Part shown: piece by piece, positions 25,830 through 38,859 of the stretch
Numbering within the stretch: position 1 is the first letter of the stretch
Layout: the number at the start of each line of letters is the position of its first letter
Assembly: GCA_905178155.1 (NCBI GenBank)
Contig: CAJINV010000004.1
Coordinates: 6,640,933 to 6,704,932 of the forward strand
DNA from: Amoebophrya sp. A120
Lineage: Eukaryota; Protista; Dinoflagellata
Direction of reading: 5' to 3'
Length of the DNA: 64,000 nucleotides
Translations under genes and position numbers: made by a program
Notes under the pieces: model-generated
Seen by the model: only the letters and a program-made list of their open reading frames with translations
Databases searched by the model: none
Told to the model about the DNA's origin: nothing

Positions 25830-28800
25830 ATGACGGCCAATATGGCGCAAGAGCAACAGACCGCCGATCCAGAGGATACACGAAGAGGACACACTTCCGT
25901 CTCATCTTCCACTGCAGCGCCCTCGCGGCGGAAGAAGTTTGTCACCGGGTTCTTGCCGAATCAAGCTGATGTCGCGGCACACAATTGTCACGAAATTGGC
26001 GCAACCGGCTCTGAGAATTATGCCCCCGCTGTGAAGAATGCCGAGGCAGAAAGCGCTGCACCTCTGTATGCCGACATCCCCTTGGACGGTTTGGAAGGGG
26101 ATGAAGACTTCTGTGCAGCTGAAGATGTTGATTTTGTCGACGAGGGACGCCGCTTAGAAATAGACGGCGATACTAGCGTTGGTACGACAAATCGTGAGGT
26201 CGGCCAACGAGGACTCCGAGGATCTTCAAGCAGCACGAGTCCATCTTCGCCCGAACATCAGGTCCTCGTGACGACCAGTGATAAAGCCGGGCACACGAGG
26301 ACGTCACAGGCGTCGCTACCCTTTCCCACAAGTAGTACTACATCGCGCGGTGGTCCTGGTTCGAGCTCAGCGTCGTCGAAAAATCCTTTCCTCGCAGCCT
26401 CTCGAGCGGAAAACGTGCTCCATGGTACTAGGCGAGAGAGATATAAAAATTACACGACCAGTGTTGGCTCAGGGACAACGGCTCATTCATCTTCCTCAGC
26501 AGCTAACCGACCAGATGAAAAAAGGAGGAACAAGAAACGGAAAAAAATCACCGGCGAGCGTCTCGCCACCGCGCTGTTTCAGTGTTCCTTCGGGCATCAG
26601 CCGTTACTACTGAGAAAGCGCGACTTTCCGCAGGTGCAACTGGGAGTGAACGTGAAGGATGGGTACTACCTGCAGCGGGGAGATCTGGTCGTGCACACGC
26701 ACGCGATCACGGGCGAAGTGTTGCTGGTCGCCGTGTTTTTTGGGTTTCATAATTTTCTCCGCTCGGAGTCGGAGTCGGAAAACAGAGAAGCTGCAGTCGA
26801 CAGCAGCTCATCACCGACGTACGATCATTCCGGAGCAACAACTACGGGGGCAGATGATGGTAGTTGTGCAAGAGGAGCGTCGACATTATCTCCCGCACAG
26901 CATGGTCAATTTCTCATGTTGAATGAGGAGACGGGCGACTTGGTTTGGGCACAGCAAGAGCAAGTGTTGCTTGGCGGAAAAAAGTCTTCAGGAGTCGGCC
27001 CTTCGACCTCATCCTCTGGAGCGGTGGCGTCGGCAAGTTCGTTGTTCATACCTGGAAGTAGAACTGGTTACACCCAGCTTTACAACCAGTCTTTTCACCA
27101 GCTCACCATGTCCCCTGCAAGCCTGGGAAAAAGCGCAACGTGCAGGATCCACCGGGGCTCACCGGCGATCGCGAGCGTGGCGCTCGACTTTCTTCAGGAA
27201 GATCGCGTGTTCGTCAGCTGCCGGGACTTTTTCGAGAGCGTTACCAACGTTGGGGGGAGGGCGGCAAGGTATCTGCCGAACTTACTCGTCGGGTTTGCGC
27301 CCTTTTTCGACCAGTATTTGGCAAAGGTGGCTGCAGTGGTGAGCGGCCGGGGAGACGAGCTTCTGGTGCGAGAGGAGGAGTATAAAAATACGGAGAGGCA
27401 TGGTGTTGATGCTCTTATTTTTCCATCAGAATCAGCCGCGGGACTACGAGTCGGCTCAACTCCCGCTCCGGACCACGGGGATAAGTCGCGTCACAAAGCA
27501 GATGAACTCATCAAGGGGACACAAAATAATGATAATCACGCAGGAGCAGCTTTGGCGGATAATGACCTTGTTCCCTTTTTAGGAACAGTCAATGTACCGT
27601 CGCCAGGAACAATTGTGGGACTCGCACCAACACCAGACTTTTGTCCCATCGCGGTCCAACCCGCAGGACATGCGTGGCTTGGGACGACCGTATGCATTGC
27701 AAAAGCATCCTCGTACTAGTAGCTAGAAATCGCATTACAAATTTCGCCAGCATGAGAAATGGAATTTATCATGCTGTTTTGCCTTGGGATGGAGATTTGT
27801 AATGCATCACTGCGATTGCTACGAGTATGATAATTTTGCACATGATAAACCGCGCAAGTCGACAAGTTACGCGAGGTTCTTCTCAGTCTCCTCACGATGG
27901 ACCGCGACCTGTTTCCCGGCTTTCTCTCCACGCAGCCCTACAACGAGACGCTGCGCGGGTTGGCGCGGTACCTGGGCCGGGCTTTTCGGCCGGAGGATAA
28001 GTGGCGCTGGAAGCGAGGAAGGCAGAATCGTGTGGAAAACGAGCCGACACGGAGAAGAAGGAAGCTGTTGCTCCGCACCCGCCGCCGCCGCGCGCTCACG
28101 CTGCAGGAGCAGCAGCAAACGCGGCTGGGGAGAAACTCGGTGCTGGGAAAAACGTCCCACGTCCGGGTGGATATCTTTCCGCAGCCCAGGCGTATGATAG
28201 GAGCGAACTACCTTCGCTCATAGGCATGGTTGTTATAGTAGGGATTTGTATTTCCATTTCGTTTCTGCATCTTGACCTTGAGAAATACAAATACCAATAC
28301 GCACGATGAGGGAAGATTCTTCTTTTGCGAAGTGATACGCGGGCGCGGCAGCTCACAAGAGTCCGAGCGCGGAGGTGGATCTACTTCCGGAGATAAAATC
28401 GCGGAAGATGATCTTCATGGCAACCCAGCTCCTGTGGAAGATGAAGAAGATGAGGTTGGGGCAGCGTACAAGGCGCAAGACAATTACACAGAGACTTCTT
28501 CAGAATCGTCGAACAGTGACGAGGAAGAGATAGAGTCTGACTTTTTCCTGGACGAAGAGGATGTTATTGATACTGCGGGTCGTGGTGTCAAGCCGCGTGA
28601 GGACAAATCGAAATCCGCATCTTCTGGAACCAGCAGTAGCAGCGCAAGTGATAGGGAAGAGAATCCGTGTCAGAGTCATCAAAATGAGGACCAGTGCGAG
28701 GAAAAACACCAGCAGCTTCCACTCTGGCTGCGGAAACTCATCGGGGACCTCGGGCTCTTTTTTCACGCGTGGTTGCAGAAAGAATTCAAGCCCTTTGCGT

Positions 28801-30227
28801 ACGACACCGACCGGAAGAATTGGTTGCGGACCTGCTGTATGCATTGCAAAAGTATTGTAGTTCTAGTACTACTTCTACTTGCAGTTATGCATGACAAATC
28901 TAAGTTGCTACCTGAACTACCATGACAAATTGAGTTTTTGTTCTTGGGAAAAGTTGTGATGCAATTCATACTAGTACGATGCTTTTTCTATTGCATATGC
29001 TGCAATCTGCTCAATTTGGAGTGCTTCCGCATGTTGGACGCGTTTGAAGAAGATTTTTACGATGTGGAGAAAGCGCTCGAAAAGATCGTCGGCAGTGACA
29101 ATTATAACTGTGCGATCAGTACGTGTACGAGTACTGCTAGTCCTCCCGGTTCCACTCCTTTTGAACCAGCTACGAGGAGAGCTACAACCAGCAATGGCGG
29201 TCGTTATCATGCGGATAGTACAACAAGTTCTAGTACCTGCAAAAATCGCAGTTCAAGCTCGACCTCTCCAAGGGCAACATCTTCGCCGCTTGACATCGGC
29301 AAGAACAAGCAACCAGCCACGACAACAAGAACTCCTCGCGCTTTACAAATCAGCGCGGAGGTGCCGCTCGTCCTCCTCGATTTGCGCAATTTGCTGGTCG
29401 TGGCAGCGTGCATTCTGGATGTGCGGCGCGACGTGGTTTCCCCATCGATAGGCATCTTCGAGTCGGTCGGTGATTTGCTGTATGACGATAGGAAATACCT
29501 AAGCCAAAATCACGACGTTTGCGAGTACCACGCGAGACTGGTGCCGCTTTTGGAGCAAACACCTCTATATGATGCTAGTTTCGAAGATGCGGAACCGGAA
29601 GGAGGACTACAGAGGGAAATCAGAAAATCGCCAACGGATAGTTATACTAGTACGACCACAACGGGGCTGGGGCTGCAGCAGGGGAGCGATCAGAACTACG
29701 TCAAAAAAGAGAATCATCATGCAGAGGAACCTCCACTAGCACTACCACTGCCGGACGTGTCACTCTTAGCCAGCACTCTGATGACGAAAAACCTCAATGA
29801 TTTGGAGCAAGTGGACGTCGAAGGAAGCTACGACCTCGGCTTTGCAGGTGGTTCAACATCTCCGTATCACCACGAAGCCCCACAACTGCTGTTCCACGCT
29901 GCTGGTAGCGGGACGACAACTGCTGCTAGACGGGCTAGAGTCCTATCGTCTGCGAACGCCATCGCCCCGGTTGTGTCGCAAGGTAAGCTCCGCTACCTCC
30001 TCACCAGAACGCGTGCAAGGTTGAAACGAGTGGGAAAGCTTGAGAAGGCGCTGTATGCGCGGTTGAGCGCGCCAGAATACGTGGTGCCAAACGAAAGTTT
30101 GGAAAAAAAAATTACGCACGGATTTTCCCTAGCGCATTTTTATCAGAAGGACGGAATCGACACTAGTGGAACAAAGAACGGCTTCTATGATCGTTCTACT
30201 TCGCAAAACAGAACAAATGGAAAATAA
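25830..30227 (+). CDS. Hypothetical protein (~1306 aa), 3 introners
   Basis: Exons 25830-27690, 27853-28192, 28343-28837, 29003-30227 (3921 nt, in frame). No family motif recognised. Confidence 0.65.
27691..27847. mobile_element. Introner family D
   Basis: TATGCATTGCAAAA/TTTTGCACATGATA; TSD GACCG/AACCG. Confidence 0.85.
28193..28337. mobile_element. Probable decayed introner / non-canonical intron
   Basis: G-TAT...ATA ends retained, TIR and TSD (AGGCG/CGCGG) eroded; removing element plus 5 nt joins ORFs 27897 and 28272 in frame. Confidence 0.55.
28838..28997. mobile_element. Introner family D
   Basis: TATGCATTGCAAAAGTATTGTA/TACGATGCTTTTTCTATTGCATA; TSD TGCTG/TGCTG. Confidence 0.88.
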
Positions 30228-31901
30228 GAATAAGTAACTGAAATCAGGAGCCAATGCAGATTGCTCGAAATTATAATGAATAGTCTCGTCACAAGTTGTG
30301 CCAGGATGGATCTACTGTGATGAAGAGGCAGTGCCACCAAATGACATCAATGTCGCTTGATCGCTCGCGCAGTGCAACAAATGCAATTCAGTTCAAAAGT
30401 TGTGACGCTCACATTGAAGATCGCAAAAGGTGAAATGGTGATTTTTATTGGAACATCCAGAAAGATTGTAAGTGTAACCGTGTCGCCAGCAGATACGTAG
30501 ATAGCTGACGGATGTGAAATGAGATCGGACAATGAATATTAACGAACTGCATCAAGTGAAGAAATGCAGGATCTGTAATGCTCCCGCAGTGGCAATTGCA
30601 AAGCAATTTCGATTCGGTTTGCTGTAGAGTTCCTAGATGAACAACAGGAACAGCTCGGTATATCTATAGAACCGGAACGAAAAATGAACAGAGGTCAAGC
30701 ATTTGGTGCAGCGGCAGCGAGACAATTCGGATCTTTTGACCGAGAATTTTTCGTTCACACACATTACTAGAGCTGTCAGCTGCGTCGATCAGGACAAAAA
30801 GATAAAGTCAGTCACTGCGATTTAGTACACGACCGCAACGAGAGCGAAAGATCTCTGTGTGCAACAAATGAAAGCGTCTCGAAAATAAAAAGACGAGATC
30901 TGACGCTATTTCTGTGGCGAAACCGATCCCATGAAGAAAATTGCGATAATATCAACACAACTTCGCACACTGATAAATAGTATGTAAGGACAACGAATTT
31001 TTGGAGAAAATTGCACGGGCGTCGTCCTCGCGGTTGATAAAGTCAAGATTCTAAACTGATCAAACAGGCTTCGTTCATACGGAGGTTTATTCTGGATTTT
31101 TCGGGCGCTTGTATCATTGTACGGTATAATTATTCCCTGCTTTTTTTAGCTTGGTTTAATATCTGTATTGATACACAATCCAGATTAATACCCCTGTAGA
31201 AGTACAACACGCACTGATTATATCCTGATCACAAACTGTTCTACGGACGAAGCTTCAGTTTCCACGAACTAAACGCGGCCGCTTAAAGAACTTCAACTTT
31301 TAGAAAGTACTATCGCGCGACCCTTCGAAATATTGAGTTACGACGAAGGCGTTGTTGTGTATTCCCAAAAAATAGATCGGACGCTACGAAGGCTCCACAA
31401 CTACGACGTGCATGCAAGAAAAAAGAAGTAGCGAGTTTGTTACCGGAAGTCGTACTAAGAATCTCTACAACTGCAAACCTTTATTCTACTACTTTTGAAT
31501 TACGACGGATAGAGGTTTCCCGCTTCTATCCGCCTCTTTTGCGAAAAATGTCGAAAATGCAATAGCGAATTGCTATTTTTCGACTCGTCTCGAGTGGTGT
31601 AAAAATCTCGTGAAGTTACCTTCTACTTTACATCTTTTTGGATTATTATACAATAAGTTCTTTCTGCTCTACTTTGAGCGCGAAGGCGACTATTGTAGCG
31701 GGCTGTGTGATATCTTCGTCACGAACCTGAAATTATTTCCAGTTTATACACGACAGTACAACTGTTGCAGTGGTTTGAAACAGAGTCAGGGAGCTAACGC
31801 CGCGAAAAAGCAGCAGCTCTTTGTAATACAACAAGAAGAACGACCCGAACCGCGTACACGACCAAAAACCGTGTAACAACCACCGACTCCAGCCCACCAA
31901 C

Positions 31902-34900
31902 ATGGCGTCAGCACCAGCTGCACCGAATACTAACCTGCGAAGCGGCGAAGAGCTCGCCAGGCCTCGCGGGATGACGGGAAGAACGTCGAGCAGTAGGGCG
32001 GGGGACAGAGAGGACAACTACGAGGGGGCGCCGCTACTGGGTGGGAATGAGCTTGACAACTACGAGACAGAGGACAAGAAAGATGAGAACAGAGATGAAG
32101 AGAATCAAGCTCCGACCACAGCACCTGCTCCCCAGCAGGACACCAGCGGCGACTCACTTACGTGGACTTCAATCCTCATCCTATCCGGGTTCGTCGTGGT
32201 GCTGGTGGCCGCCTCCGTTGGGTTAAGAAAAGTGATGAAGGATACCAAAGTTTTGTCCCAGTCCGTCGTACTCGGAGTGGGGTTCTGTGCGTCGGTCACG
32301 TACTTTTTCATCTCCGTTTTGGTTTCCAACAACCCGTATCAAATGTAAAAATGTCTGGAACTTTGCTAGACTTGTCATGCAGGTTTTCCATGACCCATAT
32401 GATCTGTAATGGAGGACCTAGCATGACAGATTCAGTGAGATCACTATCATGCCTGTCCTGCATGACAAACTCCTGCCTCTCAACTTGATCAAAATTGGAC
32501 AGCATTTGGGAATCATGCAACACAGATTTTTGCATGATTCAGATTTAGCATGACAAGTTCTAACCTTCCAGACCCAGACATTTTTGCAGTGCATAACCCG
32601 TTCCGCAGAGACGCGGAAACCGGGCGAGTCCACTTCTGGGAAAACTTGAAGAACGGGCTCGCCACCACCTTGTCCCCGCGGAAAATCTGGGAATTCTTCC
32701 CGTCCGGCGCCTGCTTCGGCATCAGTCAGGCGTTTTTGGTGATGGGGCCGTTGTTTGTCGGACCGGGGTTGAGAAACATGTTTGGGCAGTCCAAGATCCC
32801 GATGAGCATGCTCTTCGCGTGGCTGATTCTCGGGAAGAAGCACACGCTGATGCAGTGGATCATCATTTGCTGCCTCGCGGTTGCCGTCGCGATGTTCGGC
32901 ATTACCCAGAAGGGAGAATTGGACAAGGGCGAGGACGAGGAGGGCAGCAGCGTGAAGCTGCCCTTTGGCTTGATCGTCATTCTGCTCGGGTCCGCCGCCG
33001 CGGTGTTGGGCGGGACGCTGCAGGAGAAGCTGATGAAGAAGGAAAAGGAGGTGTCGATCTTCACCCAGAAGTTCCAAACAGACATCTCGCAAATCTTTAT
33101 CACCATCGGGATGCTCTTCCTGATGCCGTACATCGGATCGTCGCTCGATTTGCTCCAAGAATCCTGCTTCAGCAACGCAAAGCCGGAGAATTTGTACCTC
33201 AGACAGTCGCTGTGGACCTACCGCGGGGTCGTTTTGACCGTGAACGACGGCATGCAGGAGGGCAAGGAGTTTTTCGAAAAGTCGTTGCGGAAGTTTGAGC
33301 AGGACAAGGAGTCCGAGGTGGATTTTTTGCACGACTACTACCAGGCGGAAGCCCTGGAAACGAACCAGAAATTCTGGAACGGGGAATTTTTGAAGGGGGA
33401 CCAGTACCGGAAGAACCCCGGGTTCGAGACCGCGAAATACGACAGTGAGAAAAAGTACGAATCAGGGACGGGGACCATCGGCGCGAGAAGGGCGCTTCCC
33501 CACGTGAAGGCGCTCGAAGAGCTGAAGAAGAAGGTCGGGAAACTCGCCGACCGCGCGGCTAAGTCACCGTACAAGAGAAATCTGCGCATGGTGGCGCCGA
33601 ATGAATGGCAGACGAAAATCGCGATCGGCGGGAAGCTGTCGACCTATACTGAGAAAACAAAAGAGGAAAAGTACGAGATGAAGATGTGGACGGACGAGGA
33701 GATATCTGACGCCAAAGCAGCGAAAGAGCCATTAGCGGATGCGGACGTCCGCGGTGTCTACCACAGGTTAATCATCGACTACCAGGACAACAACAATGCC
33801 AATCCGACCGACATCGTGAACGATTCCTCCGTGCTATCCTGAGTAAAAACGTACCCACACCATAGTCAAGATGGGAAATCGGCTAGACAAATCCACAAGT
33901 TTTGGCTGTTTTGCATGCCAAATTTGGATTCGTATTGTAGTGCTGTTTGAGCTAGCTCAGCAGCATCACAGATCTAGCATACCATGCTGATTGGAGCATG
34001 ACAAATTGCAAAACACGACTAGAAAATGCTTCTCATGAGGCTCCGCATGAGAAACATTTTCAGCATGTAGATTTGCATTACAACTCTGGTGTGGGTACGT
34101 TTTTACTCAGGATACGTCCCGAACCAGAAGAAATACGTTTTCTGCAAGTTCTATGGAACTGTCAGGATCGAAATCGACAAAGTTGAAATGATTTGCCATG
34201 CATAAAATGGATGCCAGTTGTAACCCAGTTTCCAACTGGCGCATGACAAATTTGGGTAGAGCCGAGATCCAGTTTGTCATTCTGTTTGGGTAAGGAGGAT
34301 GCTTTTTGTCATGCTAATTTAGCAGCTCAGTGTCAGTTTCTACTCCTCAAAAGGCTTGCAATCTACTGCCTCTCTCGCCTACTCTGCAAGACAGGCACTT
34401 TGTGGGCTGCATTTTATGCATGAGAAATCATTTCAACTCTGTCGATTTCGATCCTGCCACATCCATAAGTTCAAGCAGTCGGCCAAGGACCGGGTCGACT
34501 CTGTCGAGGAGTTCGAGGATAGCGACAATGCGAATCAGAAGTACCATATGAGGTACTTCCGGCCGCAGGGGTGCTTTGTGAACAAGAAAGTGACCAGCGA
34601 TGCTAGCAAACAAACCGCTTCGGCTGCCGAGTGGCAACTGTACGTGCCGATGAACACGACAAAAAGCGCCGAGGATTTCAAGGTGACCAGCAGGTCCAAC
34701 GGAAAATCGACGGACAGCTCTGATTTCCAGGCACACATCCCGAAAGACGATAGTGTGGTCGGGTTGGACAAACTGAAAGCGATAGTGAGTGGGGAAGTGG
34801 TGGTGGATCCAACGGCAAGCCCGCCACAGAGTGTGACGAAGTTCTTGTGGAAAGAACTGCCTTTCGTGTTGTCTGACAGTTACTTCCACTCGGGTTTTGG

Positions 34901-37172
34901 CAGTGCTAGCGATATTTTCCACACATTCATGGAGAACCTTCTAGTCGAGGAGAAGCTCGAGCCGAATCTGGTGTCGTATCTCGCCCCGTTTGCCATTGAG
35001 CAGAAACTTGTTTTCCCCGAGCCTGACGCGAACGGACCGGAGGGAAGCATATTACCAGCTTCCCTGCACACATCGAGCCTGGATACCATATTACTCGACC
35101 TCCACGTCCGCCAAGGGCCGATCGCGGCCGGAGTCTTATACAGTTCGGCCTTCAACGAACCGAAGAATAGCCAGACCAGCTTTGTCTGCGACGACGTGCG
35201 GTGTGCGGCGGATCTGTGGAACGGCTACGGCTACGCGACCAACAAGGGCGAATCGAGCCCGTTTTTAGACGTATGAGAGTGCACAAGCCCCCCTCCCCCT
35301 CATTTGTGTTGCATGAACAGCAACACAAGCGCTGGCAAAGATGCAGCTTCTGCATGACAAATTCCTAGAGGATTGTAGTGTTGTTTTGGATTCCGGAGTC
35401 TGTCATGCAAACAGTGCTAAGAGGCAAAGGATGTATTTGGAATTTTGCATGACAAATGAGCGGGAGGGGGAGTTGTGCACTTTCATAAGACGGCCCGAAG
35501 GACTACGACAGCGGGCTGTTCTCCGGGTGGACGGGATGGATCGCGCTCGCGGTGGGGTTAACCATGGCGCAATACTTTCTCAACGCCTTGGTCAACAAGT
35601 ACGTGTCCGTCATCTGGAACAAAATCGCCCACACCGTCGGTAATGATGATAAACTCACTATGATAAAGCGATAGTTTTTGTTCTAGTGGATGTTATTGTA
35701 GAAAAAGACAATGGTCCATGACCATGACAGCCTAGATTTTTCTGCTTTCACATTTTTTGTGGGAAGATGCATGGAGCTTGATAGTAGCTCGCTATTACAG
35801 CGCGCCGCCGTTGATGCAAGCATGGAGTGCTTTTGCATGAAGTAGTTTATTGCCTACATCATGTAACATCATGGCACTCGCACTTGGTCGAAATTTCTAT
35901 TGCATCAGATGCTAAAAAAAAGAACAAAGACGCCCCGCATCATCGTCCTGAGAAGAAGTTTAAAGAAAAAAAAATACAGCGACCGTTTTGTCCTTCTGGG
36001 TCGGTGAGATGATCTTCGACAGCGACCCGGAGTCCGATTATAGCACAACGCAGTTGCTGATGCTGGCGCTGCTGTCCGTCCTGGTTTTCAGTTCCATCGT
36101 CCTTTTCCTCCTTTTATGCACTGCAAAAATGTCTGGGTCGGGAAGGTTGGAACTTGTCATGCTAAATCTGAATCACGCAAAAATCTGTGTTGCATGATTC
36201 CCAAATGCTGCCAACTTTTGAGCAAGCTGAGAGGCAGTTTCTCATGCAGGATAGCCATGATAGTGATCTTACGGAATCTGTCATGCTAGGTCCTCCAGTA
36301 CAGATTATATGGGTCATGGAAAACCTGCATGACAAGTCGAGCAAAGTTCCAGACCCAGACACTTTTGCATTTGATACCTTTCCAAGGAGCAGGCGAAGGC
36401 GCAGGCGAAAGCCATGCAGGAGGCCAGGTTATCCAAAGACGCCATCGAACTGAAGGACCACGAGGCACTGGAGGAAGAAATCGAGGAACACGAGTATGAC
36501 TAGCTCAAATCGGTTACCATCTCAAACGTTACAATAGAATCTGGAGTTTGTGTTGGATGATAGGCATGACAGGCTCGCACAGCGTTCCCCCTTTTGCAAT
36601 ACAAATTTCGCCAGATTTTCGTGGGGTTTGGAGCTCCGGAACTTGTCATGCGCAACCCTATGAGAGTTGGCTAGATCATGCTCATCATGCAAGACAAATC
36701 TCGGACTCTATTGTAATGTTTGAGATTGTAACACCTGAGCGGGTTATAACTAGCGGGATAGCATTTACCACGAGGAGGACGGCGACATGGACATGCAAGA
36801 CTTGGAAAAGGTATCAACTGCAAAAATGTCTGGGTCTGGAAGGTTGGAACTTGTGATGCTAACATTGGACCCTAAAAAAATCTGTATTGCATGGCCAGCA
36901 AGAGGAGTCTAGGCTGTGCTACGCGGGGAGGGCGTTTGTCATGCGGAGTAGGCATCAGGAAGCCATCTAAAAATCTGTGATGCTAGCCTGTGCATTACAG
37001 GCATAGTGGGTCATGCAAAACATGCATTTGACAAGTCTCAGAATCTTCCAGACTCAGACATTTTTGCATTTGATTAAAGGGCCTTGCCGCCGTGAACAGC
37101 AGAAGAAAAAGCAGTTACCACCTACCCGGCGGGGGCAGGAATTCCGGGAATGGAGAAGGACTGCAGCGATGA
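31902..37172 (+). CDS. Nucleotide-sugar transporter (SLC35A-like, DMT superfamily) with a ~500-aa soluble insertion (~1014 aa)
   Basis: Exons 31902-32336, 32601-33834, 34120-34151, 34473-35271, 35493-35639, 35980-36114, 36382-36494, 36754-36811, 37081-37172 (3045 nt). Motifs QSKIPMSMLFAWLILGKKHTLMQW, LGGTLQEKLMK, GLFSGW, LVNKYVSVIWNKI parallel SLC35A motifs. 7 introners and GT-AG intron 35640-35979. Confidence 0.75.
32337..32595. mobile_element. Introner family A
   Basis: Family A TIRs (left with small deletion); TSD ACCCG/ACCCG. Confidence 0.92.
33835..34114. mobile_element. Introner family E
   Basis: Perfect 28-bp TIR TATCCTGAGTAAAAACGTACCCACACCA; TSD CGTGC/CGTCC. Confidence 0.93.
34152..34467. 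mobile_element. Introner family C
   Basis: TIR TATGGAACTGTCAGGATCGAAATCGACAAAGTTGAAATGATTT/ATCATTTCAACTCTGTCGATTTCGATCCTGCCACATCCATA; TSD AGTTC/AGTTC. Confidence 0.92.
35272..35487. mobile_element. Introner family H (single copy here)
   Basis: TIR TATGAGAGTGCACAAGCCCCCCTCCC/GGGAGGGGGAGTTGTGCACTTTCATA; TSD AGACG/AGACG. Confidence 0.9.
36115..36376. mobile_element. Introner family A
   Basis: Family A TIRs; TSD CCTTT/CCTTT; inverted near-copy of 32337-32595 in the same gene. Confidence 0.92.
36495..36748. mobile_element. Introner family G
   Basis: TATGACTAGCTCA...ATCTCAAACGTTACAATAGA/TCTATTGTAATGTTTGAGAT...TGAGCGGGTTATA; TSD ACGAG/ACTAG. Confidence 0.9.
36812..37075. mobile_element. Introner family A
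   Basis: Family A TIRs (ends ATT); TSD AAAGG/AAAGG; readable as GT-AG. Confidence 0.92.
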
Positions 37173-38859
37173 TTTAGTTGAAAAATTCGGGGACAACTAC
37201 GAGAAATAATGTTGAACGAGATCACAACTAACCCGATTTGAACCGATTTTGAACACCATGTCTGGAAGAAGTAGTACTTGGCTCGCATAACTGCTACGGT
37301 ACTGCCACTTTCATTTATTTACTACTGTTTTCATCGCAACAACTTTTTCTTTTTATGCAAGTCCACGTCCAGAAGTGCAGTTTTCTGTACCACGACAAGA
37401 GTCGATGTAACACAACAAGCACCTGCAAGATGAATGCAAACATTATCTTCACGGCAATAAAACGAAAACCATTTTCATCACGTCGCGCAAACAACCAAGT
37501 AGACCAGTGCTGCTGCTGTAAAACAAACGACGATAGTCATGCAAACCCAGCATGAGAACAGATACAGAAACCACTCTACGTATCGCAGCAGAAGCACGAG
37601 ACCAGACCACGAAGCTCAGCTGACAGTCCCGCGCATCTGAGACGCTGTGAATCGAACCAATAAATCGACCGTACGAAATGCTATAAGTCCATTAATGTCA
37701 ACGTCAAAGAACAAGAACGCAACACGGGGAACAGAACACAACAAAAAAACACGACTCCCTACTATCACTAGCACTTCTGCAAAACAACAACGAAACTGCA
37801 ACACAAATATTTGGATATACAACTTTACAACAACACGAGGGCCTGAGCCTGACGGTAATGAAAAGCGACAGATTATTTGTTACCGCTAGGCCCGTCATTT
37901 TTATCAAAAACTTCTACAACACAAAACCAGAACTACACTAAGAATCGAAACAAACAACAAATAGAACTACACGCAACTACGCACATGCAAATTTCATATG
38001 GATTTGCGCGAAGAAATTATCACATACACACAACGCACACGCAGCACTTGTATTGCAATTGCATGAAATACCTTTACTAGTGCTACATCTTCGCGTCACA
38101 TTAAAACTGGGCACACGAAAGCTACTAAATGATGGAATCGCTGACGGAGCTACCACTCAAAAGGTACTTGTGGTGCTGGCGGGCCTGCTATCGAGATCCA
38201 ATTATAGACCTTACGTTTTGACGCTGTACTACTGCGATCGTATTAACAGCACAGATGGAGGAGATGTATGGCGCAAAAATAGCGACGGACCTCGCTGTTA
38301 GGCTTGTCCTGACATAAACTATTTTCCAAAGTTTAGGTACCTGTATGATTCATTGTAGCCTTTTCATGCTTGGAATTTCAAATTATGTTTGAGAGGGTCC
38401 GAAGAAAAGTGGCATTTTATGTCTACTTACACAGCCTTGGAGATTGCAATGCCTCCTCCTCTGCGTCTGCGTTACTACGTAATTATATCAGGCTGTGGCC
38501 TTTAACTCGATCAGCGATATGGCCAACTGCAGTTAAAGTTGAAGCGACCACGATGTTTGTAGTAGTCTAGGTTTTCTTGCGCAACACATGGATGCAGACA
38601 TTAAACTTTTTCAAACCTCTTTTCGAAAAAAATTCCAAAAAAATCGAAAAATCGTAACAAAACGCTTGCTTTTATAGCAGGTAGGTACAATGCTCGTTGT
38701 ACGGCAGTTGCCACTATGCTTGGAGGTTGTGTGTTCTGTGAAGATGGCGGTGAAAAAGAAGCGTAGAAAAAAAAACACGGCGGACTTGCTGTTGACGCTT
38801 CGACACAAAAGACAGCTGAGGCTCCGCATTTCTTTTTTCGCTGGGTTTTTTTTGGCCGC

